DNA from: an uncultured Corynebacterium sp.
GTDB lineage: Bacteria > Actinomycetota > Actinomycetes > Mycobacteriales > Mycobacteriaceae
DNA length: 64,000 bases
NCBI GenBank assembly: GCA_943914465.1
Contig: CALUCD010000006.1
Location: 67,234 to 131,233 of the forward strand
Direction: 5' to 3'
How positions within the stretch are numbered: the stretch's first letter is position 1; each line of letters begins with the position of its first letter. A program made the position numbers and the translations under genes. Under the pieces are notes generated by a model. The model was given only the letters and a program-made list of their open reading frames with translations, was not told the DNA's origin and did not search any database. Below are positions 11,735 through 21,138 of the stretch, in pieces.

Positions 11735-12758
11735 GGGTACATCCCAGGATCTTGCACCAGACATCCAGTTCGCGGCATCAGCGCCCGCCAAGGTCAACTT
11801 GCATCTTGGGGTTGGCGAGGTGCGGGCGGATGGTTACCACGATTTGGTGAGCGTTTTCCATGCGGTGGACCAACGCGATATCGTTCGTTTGCGCCTTGAC
11901 AATTCCAGCGCTGGAGTGAATCCCGCTGCAGCTGAAGCGGCCCCCGGCAGTGTGGTCACCGGTATTGACACAAAGTGGTTCTTCGATATTGAACTTGAAG
12001 AGAACTTGGATACGCCGAAGAACCTGGCGTGGCGCGCGGTGGACGCTGTAGTGGATGCTTATCGCGCCGATAACCCTGGCGCTTCCTTGTTGGACCTACC
12101 GAAGGTTCGCATCGAGATAGAGAAGGGCATTTTTGTTGCCGGTGGCATGGCGGGCGGTTCTGCGGATGCTGCCGCTGCGATGGTAGCTGCGAACGCGTAT
12201 CTGAAGTATTTGACGGGCGGTGAGCTCGATGAACTGCGTTTACTCGAGATTGCCAAGGGCCTGGGGGCGGACGTGCCATTCGCCTTAATGGGCGGCAACG
12301 CGATTGGCACAGGCCGGGGAGATGAGCTGGTAGAGATGCTCGGCCGGGGGGAGTATTGGTGGGTGTTTGTCAATCTCGGGACCACGATTAGCACTGCCGA
12401 AGCGTACTCACGCCTCGACGACATGCGCCACAACAATCCCGCGCTCGTTCCGCACCTAGATACGACGAAGGTGGCGCAGGCCCTCATCACCGGCGACGCC
12501 TTCGCCCTTGGCTCGGCCTTGCACAACGATCTGCAAGACGCAGCCGTAGCGATGCGACCGGAGCTCGCGCGGCTCATTCAGCTCGGCAATGAGTATGGCG
12601 TCCGCGCGGTGGTCTCCGGTTCCGGGCCGACCGTGGCGGTGTTGTGTAGGGACGAGCGGCACGCGAAGAAAACTCACGAGATGTTGGGAATGTACGTACC
12701 GGAAGGTGGCGGGATCATCGCTGCCCCAGGTCCTGCAGCTGGGGCAGCGTTACTCTAG
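11724..12758 (+). CDS. ispE: 4-diphosphocytidyl-2-C-methyl-D-erythritol kinase
   Basis: GHMP kinase motifs [37 protein letters not shown]. Overlaps the rsmA stop by 11 nt (operon). Confidence 0.85.
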   Translation: MSVEGTSQDLAPDIQFAASAPAKVNLHLGVGEVRADGYHDLVSVFHAVDQRDIVRLRLDNSSAGVNPAAAEAAPGSVVTGIDTKWFFDIELEENLDTPKNLAWRAVDAVVDAYRADNPGASLLDLPKVRIEIEKGIFVAGGMAGGSADAAAAMVAANAYLKYLTGGELDELRLLEIAKGLGADVPFALMGGNAIGTGRGDELVEMLGRGEYWWVFVNLGTTISTAEAYSRLDDMRHNNPALVPHLDTTKVAQALITGDAFALGSALHNDLQDAAVAMRPELARLIQLGNEYGVRAVVSGSGPTVAVLCRDERHAKKTHEMLGMYVPEGGGIIAAPGPAAGAALL

Positions 12759-12768
12759 GCTCGTTCGA

Positions 12769-14598
12769 ATGGCCAACCTCATTAGCCTTGAAAACGTCTG
12801 CAAATCCTGGGGGCTGAAAACGCTGCTTGACGGGGTCTCGCTCGGTGTACAAGAGCAGGATCGAATTGGCATTGTCGGTGTCAATGGTGGTGGGAAAACC
12901 ACCCTGCTTGAGGTGCTCACAGGGATCGAACCGCCAGATGCAGGGAGAGTGTCGCACAACTCCACGCTGCGAATGGCAGTGGTGACCCAGCGCTTTGAGC
13001 TTGAAGAGTCGATGACGGTGGGCCAGGCAGTGGTGGAACCGCTTGGGTTGGAAACGTACCAGTGGGCATCGAACGCAAACGTCCGTGAGGTGTTGCACGG
13101 CACCGGGGTGGCGGCGTTAGGGCTAGACACACCGGTGGGGGAACTGTCTGGCGGGGAGCGGCGTCGCGTGAACCTCGCCGCGGCGCTGGTACAAGATTTG
13201 GACTTGGTGGTGCTGGATGAGCCGACCAACCACCTTGACATCGAGGGGGTGCGGTGGCTGGCAGATCACCTGCTTAGCCGTAAGGTCGCCGTCGCTGTGG
13301 TTACCCACGACCGCTGGTTCCTCGACACGGTGGCCAATACCACCTGGGAGGTGCACGACGGTACCGTCGACATCTACGACGGTGGCTACAACGATTGGAC
13401 GTTCGCTCGCGCGGAGCGTGCCAGGCAGGCGGATGCGATTGAACAGCGACGCCGTAACCTTGCGCGCAAAGAGCTCGCGTGGCTTCGGCGTGGGGCGCCC
13501 GCGCGAACATCGAAGCCGCGCTACCGGATCGAGGCTGCGGAGGCCTTGATCGCAGACGTGCCTGCGCCCCGCGACACTGTTGAGCTCATGGCGTTTTCAA
13601 AACAGCGCCAAGGCAGGGTGGTCATTGAGCTTGAAGATGCCCGCATCGATGCACCTGACGGGCGGATGTTAGTAGACCACCTGACGTGGCGGCTCGCCCC
13701 GGGTGAGCGCATCGGCTTAGTTGGGGTCAACGGTTCCGGCAAGACAACGCTGCTGCGCACACTTGCCGGGGCGCACCCGCTCGCTGCAGGCAAGCGTGTT
13801 GAAGGGCAGACCACCCGCATCGGGTGGCTGCGCCAAGAACTCGATGATTTAGATCCCAACCGCCGCGTGATCGACGCTGTTGAGGAGGTGGCGAGCTACA
13901 TCGAGCTTGGCAACAAACAAATATCCGCTTCACAGCTGGCTGAGCGGCTCGGGTTTGCCCCGAAGCGGCAACGTACCCCTGTGGGCGACCTGTCTGGTGG
14001 TGAGCGTCGCCGACTTCAGCTGACACGCGTGCTGATGGGCGAGCCGAACGTGTTGTTGTTGGATGAGCCGACGAACGATCTGGATATTGACACGCTGCAG
14101 GAGCTAGAGGACTTGCTCGACGGCTGGCCGGGCACCCTCGTGGTCATCTCTCACGACAGGTACCTCATTGAGCGAATAGCAGATTCGACCTATGCGCTAT
14201 TTGGAGACGGCCGGTTGACCCACCTCCCCGGTGGCATTGAGCAATACCTCACCCGCCGCGCCGCGGAGGAGGAGCACCCGCGCGTGTTGCACTTGGACAC
14301 GCAGGCTGAGGCCGAGCAGCGCGGTGCAGGGCAGACGGGTGGTGCTGCCGCGCACAGAGCTCTCTCGTCGCAACAGGAGCGGGCCTTGCGCAAACAAATG
14401 AACGCGCTGGAGCGGCGCATTGAGAAAGCAGATGCGCGCGCTGAAGAAATCGAGGCACGCATCGCGCAGCTATCGGCGCAACCCACGCCTGACTTTGCCA
14501 AGATTGGGGAGCTGAGCAGCGAGTTATCTGCAGTCCGAGCTGCGCGCGAGGAGGATGAACGTGAGTGGCTCGACGTGGGGGAACAGTTGGAGCGGTAG
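12769..14598 (+). CDS. ABC-F family ATPase (two ABC domains, no TM domain; ribosome-associated translation factor type)
   Basis: Two Walker A motifs (GVNGGGKT, GVNGSGKT), two LSGGERRR signatures and a C-terminal coiled-coil. Start placed at MANLISLE, just after the ispE stop. Confidence 0.85.
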   Translation: MANLISLENVCKSWGLKTLLDGVSLGVQEQDRIGIVGVNGGGKTTLLEVLTGIEPPDAGRVSHNSTLRMAVVTQRFELEESMTVGQAVVEPLGLETYQWASNANVREVLHGTGVAALGLDTPVGELSGGERRRVNLAAALVQDLDLVVLDEPTNHLDIEGVRWLADHLLSRKVAVAVVTHDRWFLDTVANTTWEVHDGTVDIYDGGYNDWTFARAERARQADAIEQRRRNLARKELAWLRRGAPARTSKPRYRIEAAEALIADVPAPRDTVELMAFSKQRQGRVVIELEDARIDAPDGRMLVDHLTWRLAPGERIGLVGVNGSGKTTLLRTLAGAHPLAAGKRVEGQTTRIGWLRQELDDLDPNRRVIDAVEEVASYIELGNKQISASQLAERLGFAPKRQRTPVGDLSGGERRRLQLTRVLMGEPNVLLLDEPTNDLDIDTLQELEDLLDGWPGTLVVISHDRYLIERIADSTYALFGDGRLTHLPGGIEQYLTRRAAEEEHPRVLHLDTQAEAEQRGAGQTGGAAAHRALSSQQERALRKQMNALERRIEKADARAEEIEARIAQLSAQPTPDFAKIGELSSELSAVRAAREEDEREWLDVGEQLER

Positions 14599-14746
14599 CG
14601 CGTGCGAGCGTCTGCGCCATCCTGTTCGACCGCCCAGGCCAGTCACATCGCAGAAGTTCTAGCCAAGAACCGTGATCTTCCTGGCTGCGATGCCTTAATA
14701 TAACCTGGGTCACTATCAACGCTGTTCTGAAAGGGGTGTCGCCGAA

Positions 14747-16015
14747 ATGACTACCTCCGACCCGGCTTCATCAAAGGCCGCCGCCCAGCCCGAGTTCACC
14801 AACCAGCCCGATACTGCGGCTCAGCCCGCTGCACCTCGCGGTATCGGCCCGATGGTTGGCGCGGTGTTTCTCATGGCGACGTCCTCGATCGGCCCGGGCT
14901 TTCTCACACAAACGTCGGTATTCACCGTGCAACTCGGTGCCGCGTTTGCGTTCGCCATCTTGCTCTCGATCCTGGTTGACATCGCGATCCAGCTCAATGT
15001 GTGGCGAATCTTGGGTGTCTCGGGCCTGCGCGCCAGCGAGTTGGCAAACGCGATCCTCCCCGGCCTCGGGTGGGTCCTGGCCGTCTTGGTGGCCATCGGC
15101 GGGTTGGTGTTCAACATCGGCAACATCGCCGGCACCGGACTGGGGCTCAACGCACTCGCAGGGCTCGACCCGAAGATCGGCGGGGCAATCTCAGCTGCGA
15201 TCGCGATCTTTGTGTTCTTGTCCAAGCGCGCCGGGGTCGCGCTTGACCGCATTGTTGCGGCACTGGGCGCCATCATGATCCTGCTCATGCTTTACGTTGC
15301 TGTCGTGTCTCGGCCACCGCTGGGTGAGGCGCTGAAACAAACGGTCATGCCTGAGCAGGTGGATTTTTTGGTCATCACCACCCTGATCGGTGGAACAGTT
15401 GGCGGCTACATCACCTTCGCGGGTGTGCACCGGTTGATCGATTCAGGACACACAGGGCCGGAAAACGTCCGCCATCTGGCGAACTCCTCGATCATGGGCA
15501 TCGTCGTCACCGGCATCATGCGTGTGCTGTTGTTCCTCGCCGTGCTTGGTGTCGTTGCAACCGGTGTGACGCTCTCGCAAGATAACACCGCAGCAGATGT
15601 GTTCTACCAGGCGGCAGGCGAATTTGGGCTGCGTGCTTTTGGGCTGGTGCTGTGGGCAGCGGGTCTGTCGTCCGTAATCGGCGCGTCGTTTACCTCGGTG
15701 TCATTTTTGACCAAGCAGGGATTCGATGAAAAGAAACGTTCTTGGCTCACCGTCGGCTTCATCCTCATCTCGACCGTGATCTATCTTTTCCTGGGCGCAG
15801 CACCGCAAGCCCTGCTCATTTTCGCCGGCGCATTCAACGGATTGATCTTGCCGCTCGGCTTCGGCATCGTATTGTGGGCGGGCTGGCGCCGCAAGGACCT
15901 GCTGCGCGGGTACAACCACCCCACGTGGTTACTGGTGTTGGGTGCGCTGGTGCTCGTGCTCACCATCTGCATGGGTGCGCGCTCGCTGACCGGGCTAGCT
16001 GCGCTGTGGGCGTAG
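14747..16015 (+). CDS. Nramp-family divalent metal (Mn2+/Fe2+) transporter, MntH-like
   Basis: About 420 aa, 11-12 TM helices, N-terminal MATSSIGPGFL resembling the Nramp DPGN-region consensus. AAAGGGG before the ATG. Confidence 0.6.
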   Translation: MTTSDPASSKAAAQPEFTNQPDTAAQPAAPRGIGPMVGAVFLMATSSIGPGFLTQTSVFTVQLGAAFAFAILLSILVDIAIQLNVWRILGVSGLRASELANAILPGLGWVLAVLVAIGGLVFNIGNIAGTGLGLNALAGLDPKIGGAISAAIAIFVFLSKRAGVALDRIVAALGAIMILLMLYVAVVSRPPLGEALKQTVMPEQVDFLVITTLIGGTVGGYITFAGVHRLIDSGHTGPENVRHLANSSIMGIVVTGIMRVLLFLAVLGVVATGVTLSQDNTAADVFYQAAGEFGLRAFGLVLWAAGLSSVIGASFTSVSFLTKQGFDEKKRSWLTVGFILISTVIYLFLGAAPQALLIFAGAFNGLILPLGFGIVLWAGWRRKDLLRGYNHPTWLLVLGALVLVLTICMGARSLTGLAALWA

Positions 16016-16024
16016 CGCCTACAC

Positions 16025-16855
16025 GTGCGCCACAATAGGGCCATGGATCACGCTGCCCTTGCTTCTGCGCACCCCGCCTGTTTAAGTCCCGCGCAGGCCC
16101 GCGCGCTGTTTCGCGAATCGCCGGAGAACATCACCACCACGGCGGGGTATAGCGCCGGTTACGCGCAGGCGAACCTGATCGCCTTAGACAAGCGCTACGC
16201 TTTCGATTTCCTCCTCTTTGCTCAGCGAAATCCGAAGCCGTGCCCGATCCTGGGAGTGTTAGAACCAGGGGAGATCAACTCTGAGCTGCTCGCGGGCGGT
16301 GATATCCGCACCGACATCCCCGCCTACCGCATCTATCGCAACGGCGTGTTGGTGGATGAGACCTACGATGCCACGGCTTACTGGTCCGATGACACCGTCG
16401 CGTTTCTCATTGGCTGCTCATTCACCTTCGAGCAGGCCCTGATCGACAACGCAGTGCCAGTCGCCCACATTGAACAAGGCCGCAACGTGCCAATGTTTTT
16501 GACCAACATTGATTGCGCCCCAGCCGGTGTGTTCGCGGGGAAGATGGTTGTGTCAATGCGTCCGATTCCGGCCTCGAAGGTTGCGGATGCGGTGCGGATC
16601 ACCTCGCGCTACCCAGCAGTCCATGGAGCACCGATTCACGTTGGCGACCCGGCAGCGATCGGCATTGCTGACCTGGCTGCGCCAGACTTTGGGCAGGCGG
16701 TAGACCTGCCTGCCGGTTCAGTGCCCGTGTTCTGGGCCTGCGGGGTGACACCGCAGGCCATCGTGATGCAGTCCAAACCCGACCTGGCGATCTGCCACGC
16801 GCCGGGCAACATGCTGATCACCGACCGGCGCGATTCCTTCTACCAAGTGCCGTAG
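16025..16855 (+). CDS. DUF1445 / D-glutamate cyclase-family putative hydro-lyase
   Basis: AGYAQANLIALDKRYAFDFLLFAQRNPKPCPILG...HGAPIHVGDP pattern typical of PF07286-family proteins. Convergent with the pxp/biotin carboxylase operon. Confidence 0.55.
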   Translation: MRHNRAMDHAALASAHPACLSPAQARALFRESPENITTTAGYSAGYAQANLIALDKRYAFDFLLFAQRNPKPCPILGVLEPGEINSELLAGGDIRTDIPAYRIYRNGVLVDETYDATAYWSDDTVAFLIGCSFTFEQALIDNAVPVAHIEQGRNVPMFLTNIDCAPAGVFAGKMVVSMRPIPASKVADAVRITSRYPAVHGAPIHVGDPAAIGIADLAAPDFGQAVDLPAGSVPVFWACGVTPQAIVMQSKPDLAICHAPGNMLITDRRDSFYQVP

Positions 16856-16864
16856 GGCAACCAA

Positions 16865-16913
16865 GTGCACTGTGTACTGTGCACTGTGCACAGTGCACTT
16901 AGGCACTGTGCAC
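16865..16913. repeat. Repeat-dense palindromic intergenic element (GCACTGTGCAC repeats; perfect 20-bp palindrome GTGCACTGTGCACAGTGCAC at 16879-16898)
   Basis: Seen directly between two convergent stop codons (16855 and 16943). GCACTGTGCAC occurs at 16881-16891 and 16903-16913, and TAGGCACT twice. Likely a bidirectional terminator hairpin or REP-like element. Confidence 0.6.
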
Positions 16914-16942
16914 CAGATGTTAGGCACTCGGGGCACTCCGCG

Positions 16943-18694
16943 CTAGGAGATGGTGGCGATGGTCGCGTTCGCCTTCACGCGCTCACCGGCAGCGGCGCCA
17001 AGCGCAATCTGCCCACCGCGAGGTGCTTTGAGGGTGGACTCCATCTTCATCGCCTCAATGGTGGCTACTGGGTCACCTTCTTGGACGTTATCGCCGTCGG
17101 CGACCAGCCACTGGACAATTGTGGCCTCGTATTTAGTGGTCACAGCCCCCGCAGAGGATCCACCTGCTGCAAAACCAGCCGACCCGCTTGGATTCGCCGA
17201 GGGGTCGGAGCTCCCAGCACCGCCGCCTGCGCCCAGCAGCGCGGCCGGGTAGCCGATGGTGTGCAGACGCCCGTCGATTTCAATGGTGACGGTGGCGCGT
17301 TCGTCGTAAAGATGCTCGATGTCCGAAACCTCGTGTTGTGCGGACGGCGAATAGTGATGGTCAACCCAGTCGGTGTAGACGTCGAGCGAATCCCCGGTGA
17401 GCGCCTCGGAGCTGATCATGTCTTTATGGAACGGCAGCACTGTTCGCACGCCACGAATGTCGAACTCCTCAAGCGCCTGCTTGGCGCGTCGGATCGCGGC
17501 ATCTCGGTCGGGGCCCCAAACCACGAGCTTGGCCATGAGGGAGTCATAGTAGGCCGGGATGGTGGTGCCGGTTCGCACCCCGCTATCAACACGAATGCCA
17601 GGTCCGGTGGGAACGTTGAACTGAGAAATCGTGCCCGGTGATGGGGCAAAACCGTTGACAACGTCCTCACAGTTGATGCGAAACTCGAATGCGTGACCGT
17701 TGAGCGTCGGGTCCGCGCCTGCGAAAGAAAGCGGCTCACCGGCAGCGATGCGGAATTGCTCCGCGATGATGTCCACCCCGGTGACCATCTCGGTGACGGG
17801 GTGTTCGACCTGCACGCGGGTGTTGACTTCCAAGAATGACACCGTGCCGTCTTCAGACACGATGAACTCGACGGTGCCCGCTGAGACGTAGCCCGCTTTC
17901 GCGCAAATATCGCGAGCGCCTTCCTCAATGGAGCGGCGTTGATCACTGGTCAGAAACGGCGCCGGGGCTTCTTCGATGAGCTTCTGAAACCGTCGCTGGG
18001 TGGAGCAATCGCGCGTGCCCAACACCGCAACGTTGCCGTGCGTATCGGCAAGCACCTGAGCTTCCACGTGGCGTGGGTGAATGAGGAATTTCTCCACGTA
18101 GCATTCACCGCGCCCGAATGCTTCCGTTGCCTCACGCCCGGCAGAGGCGAAACCTTCCTCAATGTCTGCCTCATCAAACACCACTTTCAGGCCTCGGCCA
18201 CCGCCACCAAACGCAGCCTTGATGGCAATTGGCATGCCGTGCTCGGCTGCGAAGTCGCGTGCCCCCTCCCAGGTTGACAGGGGCTCCGGCGTGCCGGGGG
18301 CAAGTGGGGCGCCGACTTCAACGGCAAGTGCGCGGGCTGAAAGCTTATCGCCGAGCATCTCGATGGACTCGGGCGAGGGGCCAATCCACGTCAGTCCTGC
18401 TTGCTGCACGGTGCGGGCGAAATCTGCGTTCTCAGACAAGAACCCGTAACCGGGGTGCAAGCAATCCGCCCCGGCGCGGTGCGCAATGTCAATAAGGGCG
18501 GGGATGTTCATGTAGGTTTCGGCGGACGTGTTGCCGGGCAGCAGGTACGCCTCATCGGCTACAAGCGTGTGAGGTGCGCCGGTATCTGGTTCTGAATACA
18601 CCGCGATCGAGCGGATGCCAAGCGCGCGGGCGCTGTGGGCGATGCGCGCAGCGATTTCTCCGCGGTTGGCAATGAGTACGGCTTGAAACGTCAT
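16943..18694 (-). CDS. Biotin carboxylase with C-terminal biotin carboxyl carrier (BCCP) domain (acyl-CoA/urea carboxylase alpha-subunit-like)
   Basis: ATP-grasp biotin carboxylase body (IANRGEIA..., GGGGRG-type loop) and a C-terminal biotinyl domain with EAMKME. Start codon overlaps the upstream pxpBC stop (ATGA). Confidence 0.8.
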   Translation of the reverse strand: MTFQAVLIANRGEIAARIAHSARALGIRSIAVYSEPDTGAPHTLVADEAYLLPGNTSAETYMNIPALIDIAHRAGADCLHPGYGFLSENADFARTVQQAGLTWIGPSPESIEMLGDKLSARALAVEVGAPLAPGTPEPLSTWEGARDFAAEHGMPIAIKAAFGGGGRGLKVVFDEADIEEGFASAGREATEAFGRGECYVEKFLIHPRHVEAQVLADTHGNVAVLGTRDCSTQRRFQKLIEEAPAPFLTSDQRRSIEEGARDICAKAGYVSAGTVEFIVSEDGTVSFLEVNTRVQVEHPVTEMVTGVDIIAEQFRIAAGEPLSFAGADPTLNGHAFEFRINCEDVVNGFAPSPGTISQFNVPTGPGIRVDSGVRTGTTIPAYYDSLMAKLVVWGPDRDAAIRRAKQALEEFDIRGVRTVLPFHKDMISSEALTGDSLDVYTDWVDHHYSPSAQHEVSDIEHLYDERATVTIEIDGRLHTIGYPAALLGAGGGAGSSDPSANPSGSAGFAAGGSSAGAVTTKYEATIVQWLVADGDNVQEGDPVATIEAMKMESTLKAPRGGQIALGAAAGERVKANATIATIS

Positions 18695-20298
18695 CGGGGT
18701 GATCCATCCTTAGGAGTTGGGGTATAACGCTCAAAGCGAAGGGTACTCCCCGGTGGGAGCTGAGCAGCGATGTCTACGTCTTCGCTGATCACAGTGGCGA
18801 TGACGGGGTAACCGCCGGTGACGGCGTGATCACGAAGGAACACCACGGGCTGACCGGAGGGAGGGATCTGGATTGAACCGGCGACCATCCCTTCGCTGGG
18901 CAGTTCTCCTTCGCGGCTGCGCTCGATTGCATTGGCGCCGTCGAGGCGGAGGCCAACACGGTTGGAGTCTGCCGATACGGTGAACTCGGTTGAGAAAAAC
19001 CGCTCTACTGCTTCGAGCGTGAACCAATCGTTGCGTGGTCCGAGTACGCAGCGAACGGTGGCGGCAGAGACACCAGTACTCGTGCCAGCACCAGTACCAG
19101 CAGGTTTGACGCGCAGGGGGTTGGTCAACAGCGCGTTGGCTGACTCGGGGGGCGTAAGCGCCATCGCGATCGTATCTCCTGCTGCGATTGGATCCGGGCC
19201 GAGGCCGGAGAGTATGTCGGTGGCGGCGGAGCCAAGCTCTGTGTCAGCGATGAGCCCGCCGCGAACCGCGATGTAGGAGCGCATACCAACCCGCGCCGGG
19301 CCGATAGTGAGCTGGGCTCCTCCGGGAACGATGGTGGGCGTGGCAAGTAGCACCGGCCGCCCGCTCACCGTCACATCTGCTTCAGCGCCGGTTACACAGA
19401 CCACCGTTTCTGCCAACGCGGTGAGTGCGCAACCGCCAACGTTTTCAAGCAGCGTCGCATTGGCTTTATTGCCCACTGCGGCATTCGCCGTGTAGGCGGA
19501 TGCGCGGTCGGCGGAGCCGGATGTGGTCACGCCAAGGTTGCCGTTGCCTTGGCGGCCAAGGTCTTGGTACAAGGTTTGCAGCCCTGGATCATCAACGGTG
19601 AAGATGGGCCGCCGCGGTGGGTGCTCGAGGTGGCGGTGGCTCGATGCCCCCTGCGCATCGAGCGTGTCGACGCTAACGTAGCGGACCTTATCCCCAGGAG
19701 CCACCAGCGCGGGCGGCGTGGCTGAGGAGTCCCACATCGGCGCGTCAGTGGTGCCGATGAGCTGCCAACCGCCGGGGGAGACCCGTGGGTAGACGGCTGA
19801 GAATTCCCCAGCAAGCGCCACTGCTCCGGCAGGTACCTCTGTGCGCGGGGAGCCCAAGCGCGGCACAGCCAGTCCCTGCCCCAATTCGGGTACGCAGTAG
19901 GCAAACCCCGGCGCGAATCCCCCGAACGCCGCCACCCAGGTGGTGGAGGTATGCCAGTCGATGAGGCCTTCTGGGGTCATCCCCAGTGTTTTGGCGAGCG
20001 GGTCCAGATCCTCACCGTCATAACGGACGCTGATCGTGATGTCACGAGGCGCCTCCCGTGTGACCGCCTTTGGGTGGAAAGAGGCGAGCGTGGCGGCAGC
20101 TTGTTCGGTAGCGGCCGGGGAGTCGAACGTGATCAGCACTGTGCGTGCGGCGGCAATCACGTCGGTTTGTCGCGCTAAAGGCTGCTCGACTAATGCCGCG
20201 TGCCAGTTCATGACGGCGTTGAGGTCCACAAGATCGACCAACAGAGCTCGAGAGCCAACCCGCTTGATGTTGGGGTTTGTCGGGTCTGTAGGAGTCAT
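18691..20298 (-). CDS. Fused 5-oxoprolinase subunits B/C (KipI/KipA; allophanate-hydrolase subunit 1+2 / carboxyltransferase-like)
   Basis: N-terminal KipI-like and C-terminal KipA-like (cyclophilin-fold) halves in a 535-aa protein. Translationally coupled to pxpA upstream and the biotin carboxylase downstream. Confidence 0.7.
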   Translation of the reverse strand: MTPTDPTNPNIKRVGSRALLVDLVDLNAVMNWHAALVEQPLARQTDVIAAARTVLITFDSPAATEQAAATLASFHPKAVTREAPRDITISVRYDGEDLDPLAKTLGMTPEGLIDWHTSTTWVAAFGGFAPGFAYCVPELGQGLAVPRLGSPRTEVPAGAVALAGEFSAVYPRVSPGGWQLIGTTDAPMWDSSATPPALVAPGDKVRYVSVDTLDAQGASSHRHLEHPPRRPIFTVDDPGLQTLYQDLGRQGNGNLGVTTSGSADRASAYTANAAVGNKANATLLENVGGCALTALAETVVCVTGAEADVTVSGRPVLLATPTIVPGGAQLTIGPARVGMRSYIAVRGGLIADTELGSAATDILSGLGPDPIAAGDTIAMALTPPESANALLTNPLRVKPAGTGAGTSTGVSAATVRCVLGPRNDWFTLEAVERFFSTEFTVSADSNRVGLRLDGANAIERSREGELPSEGMVAGSIQIPPSGQPVVFLRDHAVTGGYPVIATVISEDVDIAAQLPPGSTLRFERYTPTPKDGSPR

Positions 20299-21053
20299 AG
20301 AACGCTCCTGACCGCGATGCCCTCAGCGTTGAGCCGAGCGACGATGCTGCGGGTCATCTCCACTGCACCGGGGGAGTCACCGTGCACGCAGACAGACTCC
20401 GCGTGCACGTCAACAATCGTGCCATCGGTCGCGGTCACCGAGCCGGTAGCTGCGACCTGGAGCACTCGTGCTGCTACCTCCTCTGGGTCGTGCAGCACCG
20501 CGTTGGGCTCGCGCCGGGAAACAAGGGTTCCATCGGGGTTGTACCCACGGTCGGCGAACGCCTCCCGGATTACCCGCATGCCGGCTGCCTCGGCAATGTC
20601 TACGGCGACGCCGCCGGGCAGGAGCATGAGTGCAAGCTCCGTGCTGAATGCCTTGACCCCGTCGACGACAGCGCGTGCGTGCGCCTCGTGGTGCACGATG
20701 GTGTTATACAGCGCGCCGTGTGGTTTGACGTAGCTGATTTTGGTGCCATTTGCTCGGGCGAGTGCGTCTAAGGCGCCGAGCTGGTACAGAATTTCATCTG
20801 CCAGCTCGCCTGGTGCATAGTCAACAAACCGGCGCCCGAAGGCGGTGGGGTCGTTGTAGGCGGGGTGAGCGCCAACTGTCACGCCGGAAGCCGCGGCTTG
20901 CGCAAGCGTGGCTGCAATGGAGTGCGGGTCCCCGGCATGAAAGCCAGTGGCCACATTTGCGCTAGAGACCATGTTGAGCATGGCGGTATCGTCCGCGACC
21001 GGGTTGCCCGCCGTTGTTTCACCCAGATCGGCATTGAGATCTATCCCTTGCAT
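20295..21053 (-). CDS. pxpA: LamB/YcsF family 5-oxoprolinase subunit A
   Basis: IDLNADLGE...GFHAGDP...YVKPHGALYN motifs of the LamB/YcsF family. Start placed at MQGIDLN (253 aa); the ORF-track M1 at 21185 would overlap the divergent ppk2 region. Confidence 0.75.
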   Translation of the reverse strand: MQGIDLNADLGETTAGNPVADDTAMLNMVSSANVATGFHAGDPHSIAATLAQAAASGVTVGAHPAYNDPTAFGRRFVDYAPGELADEILYQLGALDALARANGTKISYVKPHGALYNTIVHHEAHARAVVDGVKAFSTELALMLLPGGVAVDIAEAAGMRVIREAFADRGYNPDGTLVSRREPNAVLHDPEEVAARVLQVAATGSVTATDGTIVDVHAESVCVHGDSPGAVEMTRSIVARLNAEGIAVRSVL

Positions 21054-21138
21054 GCCCTTAGTTATACCTCTGGGTGCGCACGCAGGTGTCGGGATCTGCC
21101 GCCTTGGTGCAGGTGGGCCAATCAAATCGGTTACGGTT

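Noticed and set aside
14620-14746. Weak inverted repeat GTTCT-N5-AGAAC upstream of the Nramp gene, considered as a DtxR/MntR box
   Set aside because: Arms are only 5 bp and do not resemble the 19-bp TTAGGTTAGCCTAACCTAA-type DtxR/MntR consensus. Not enough to call.
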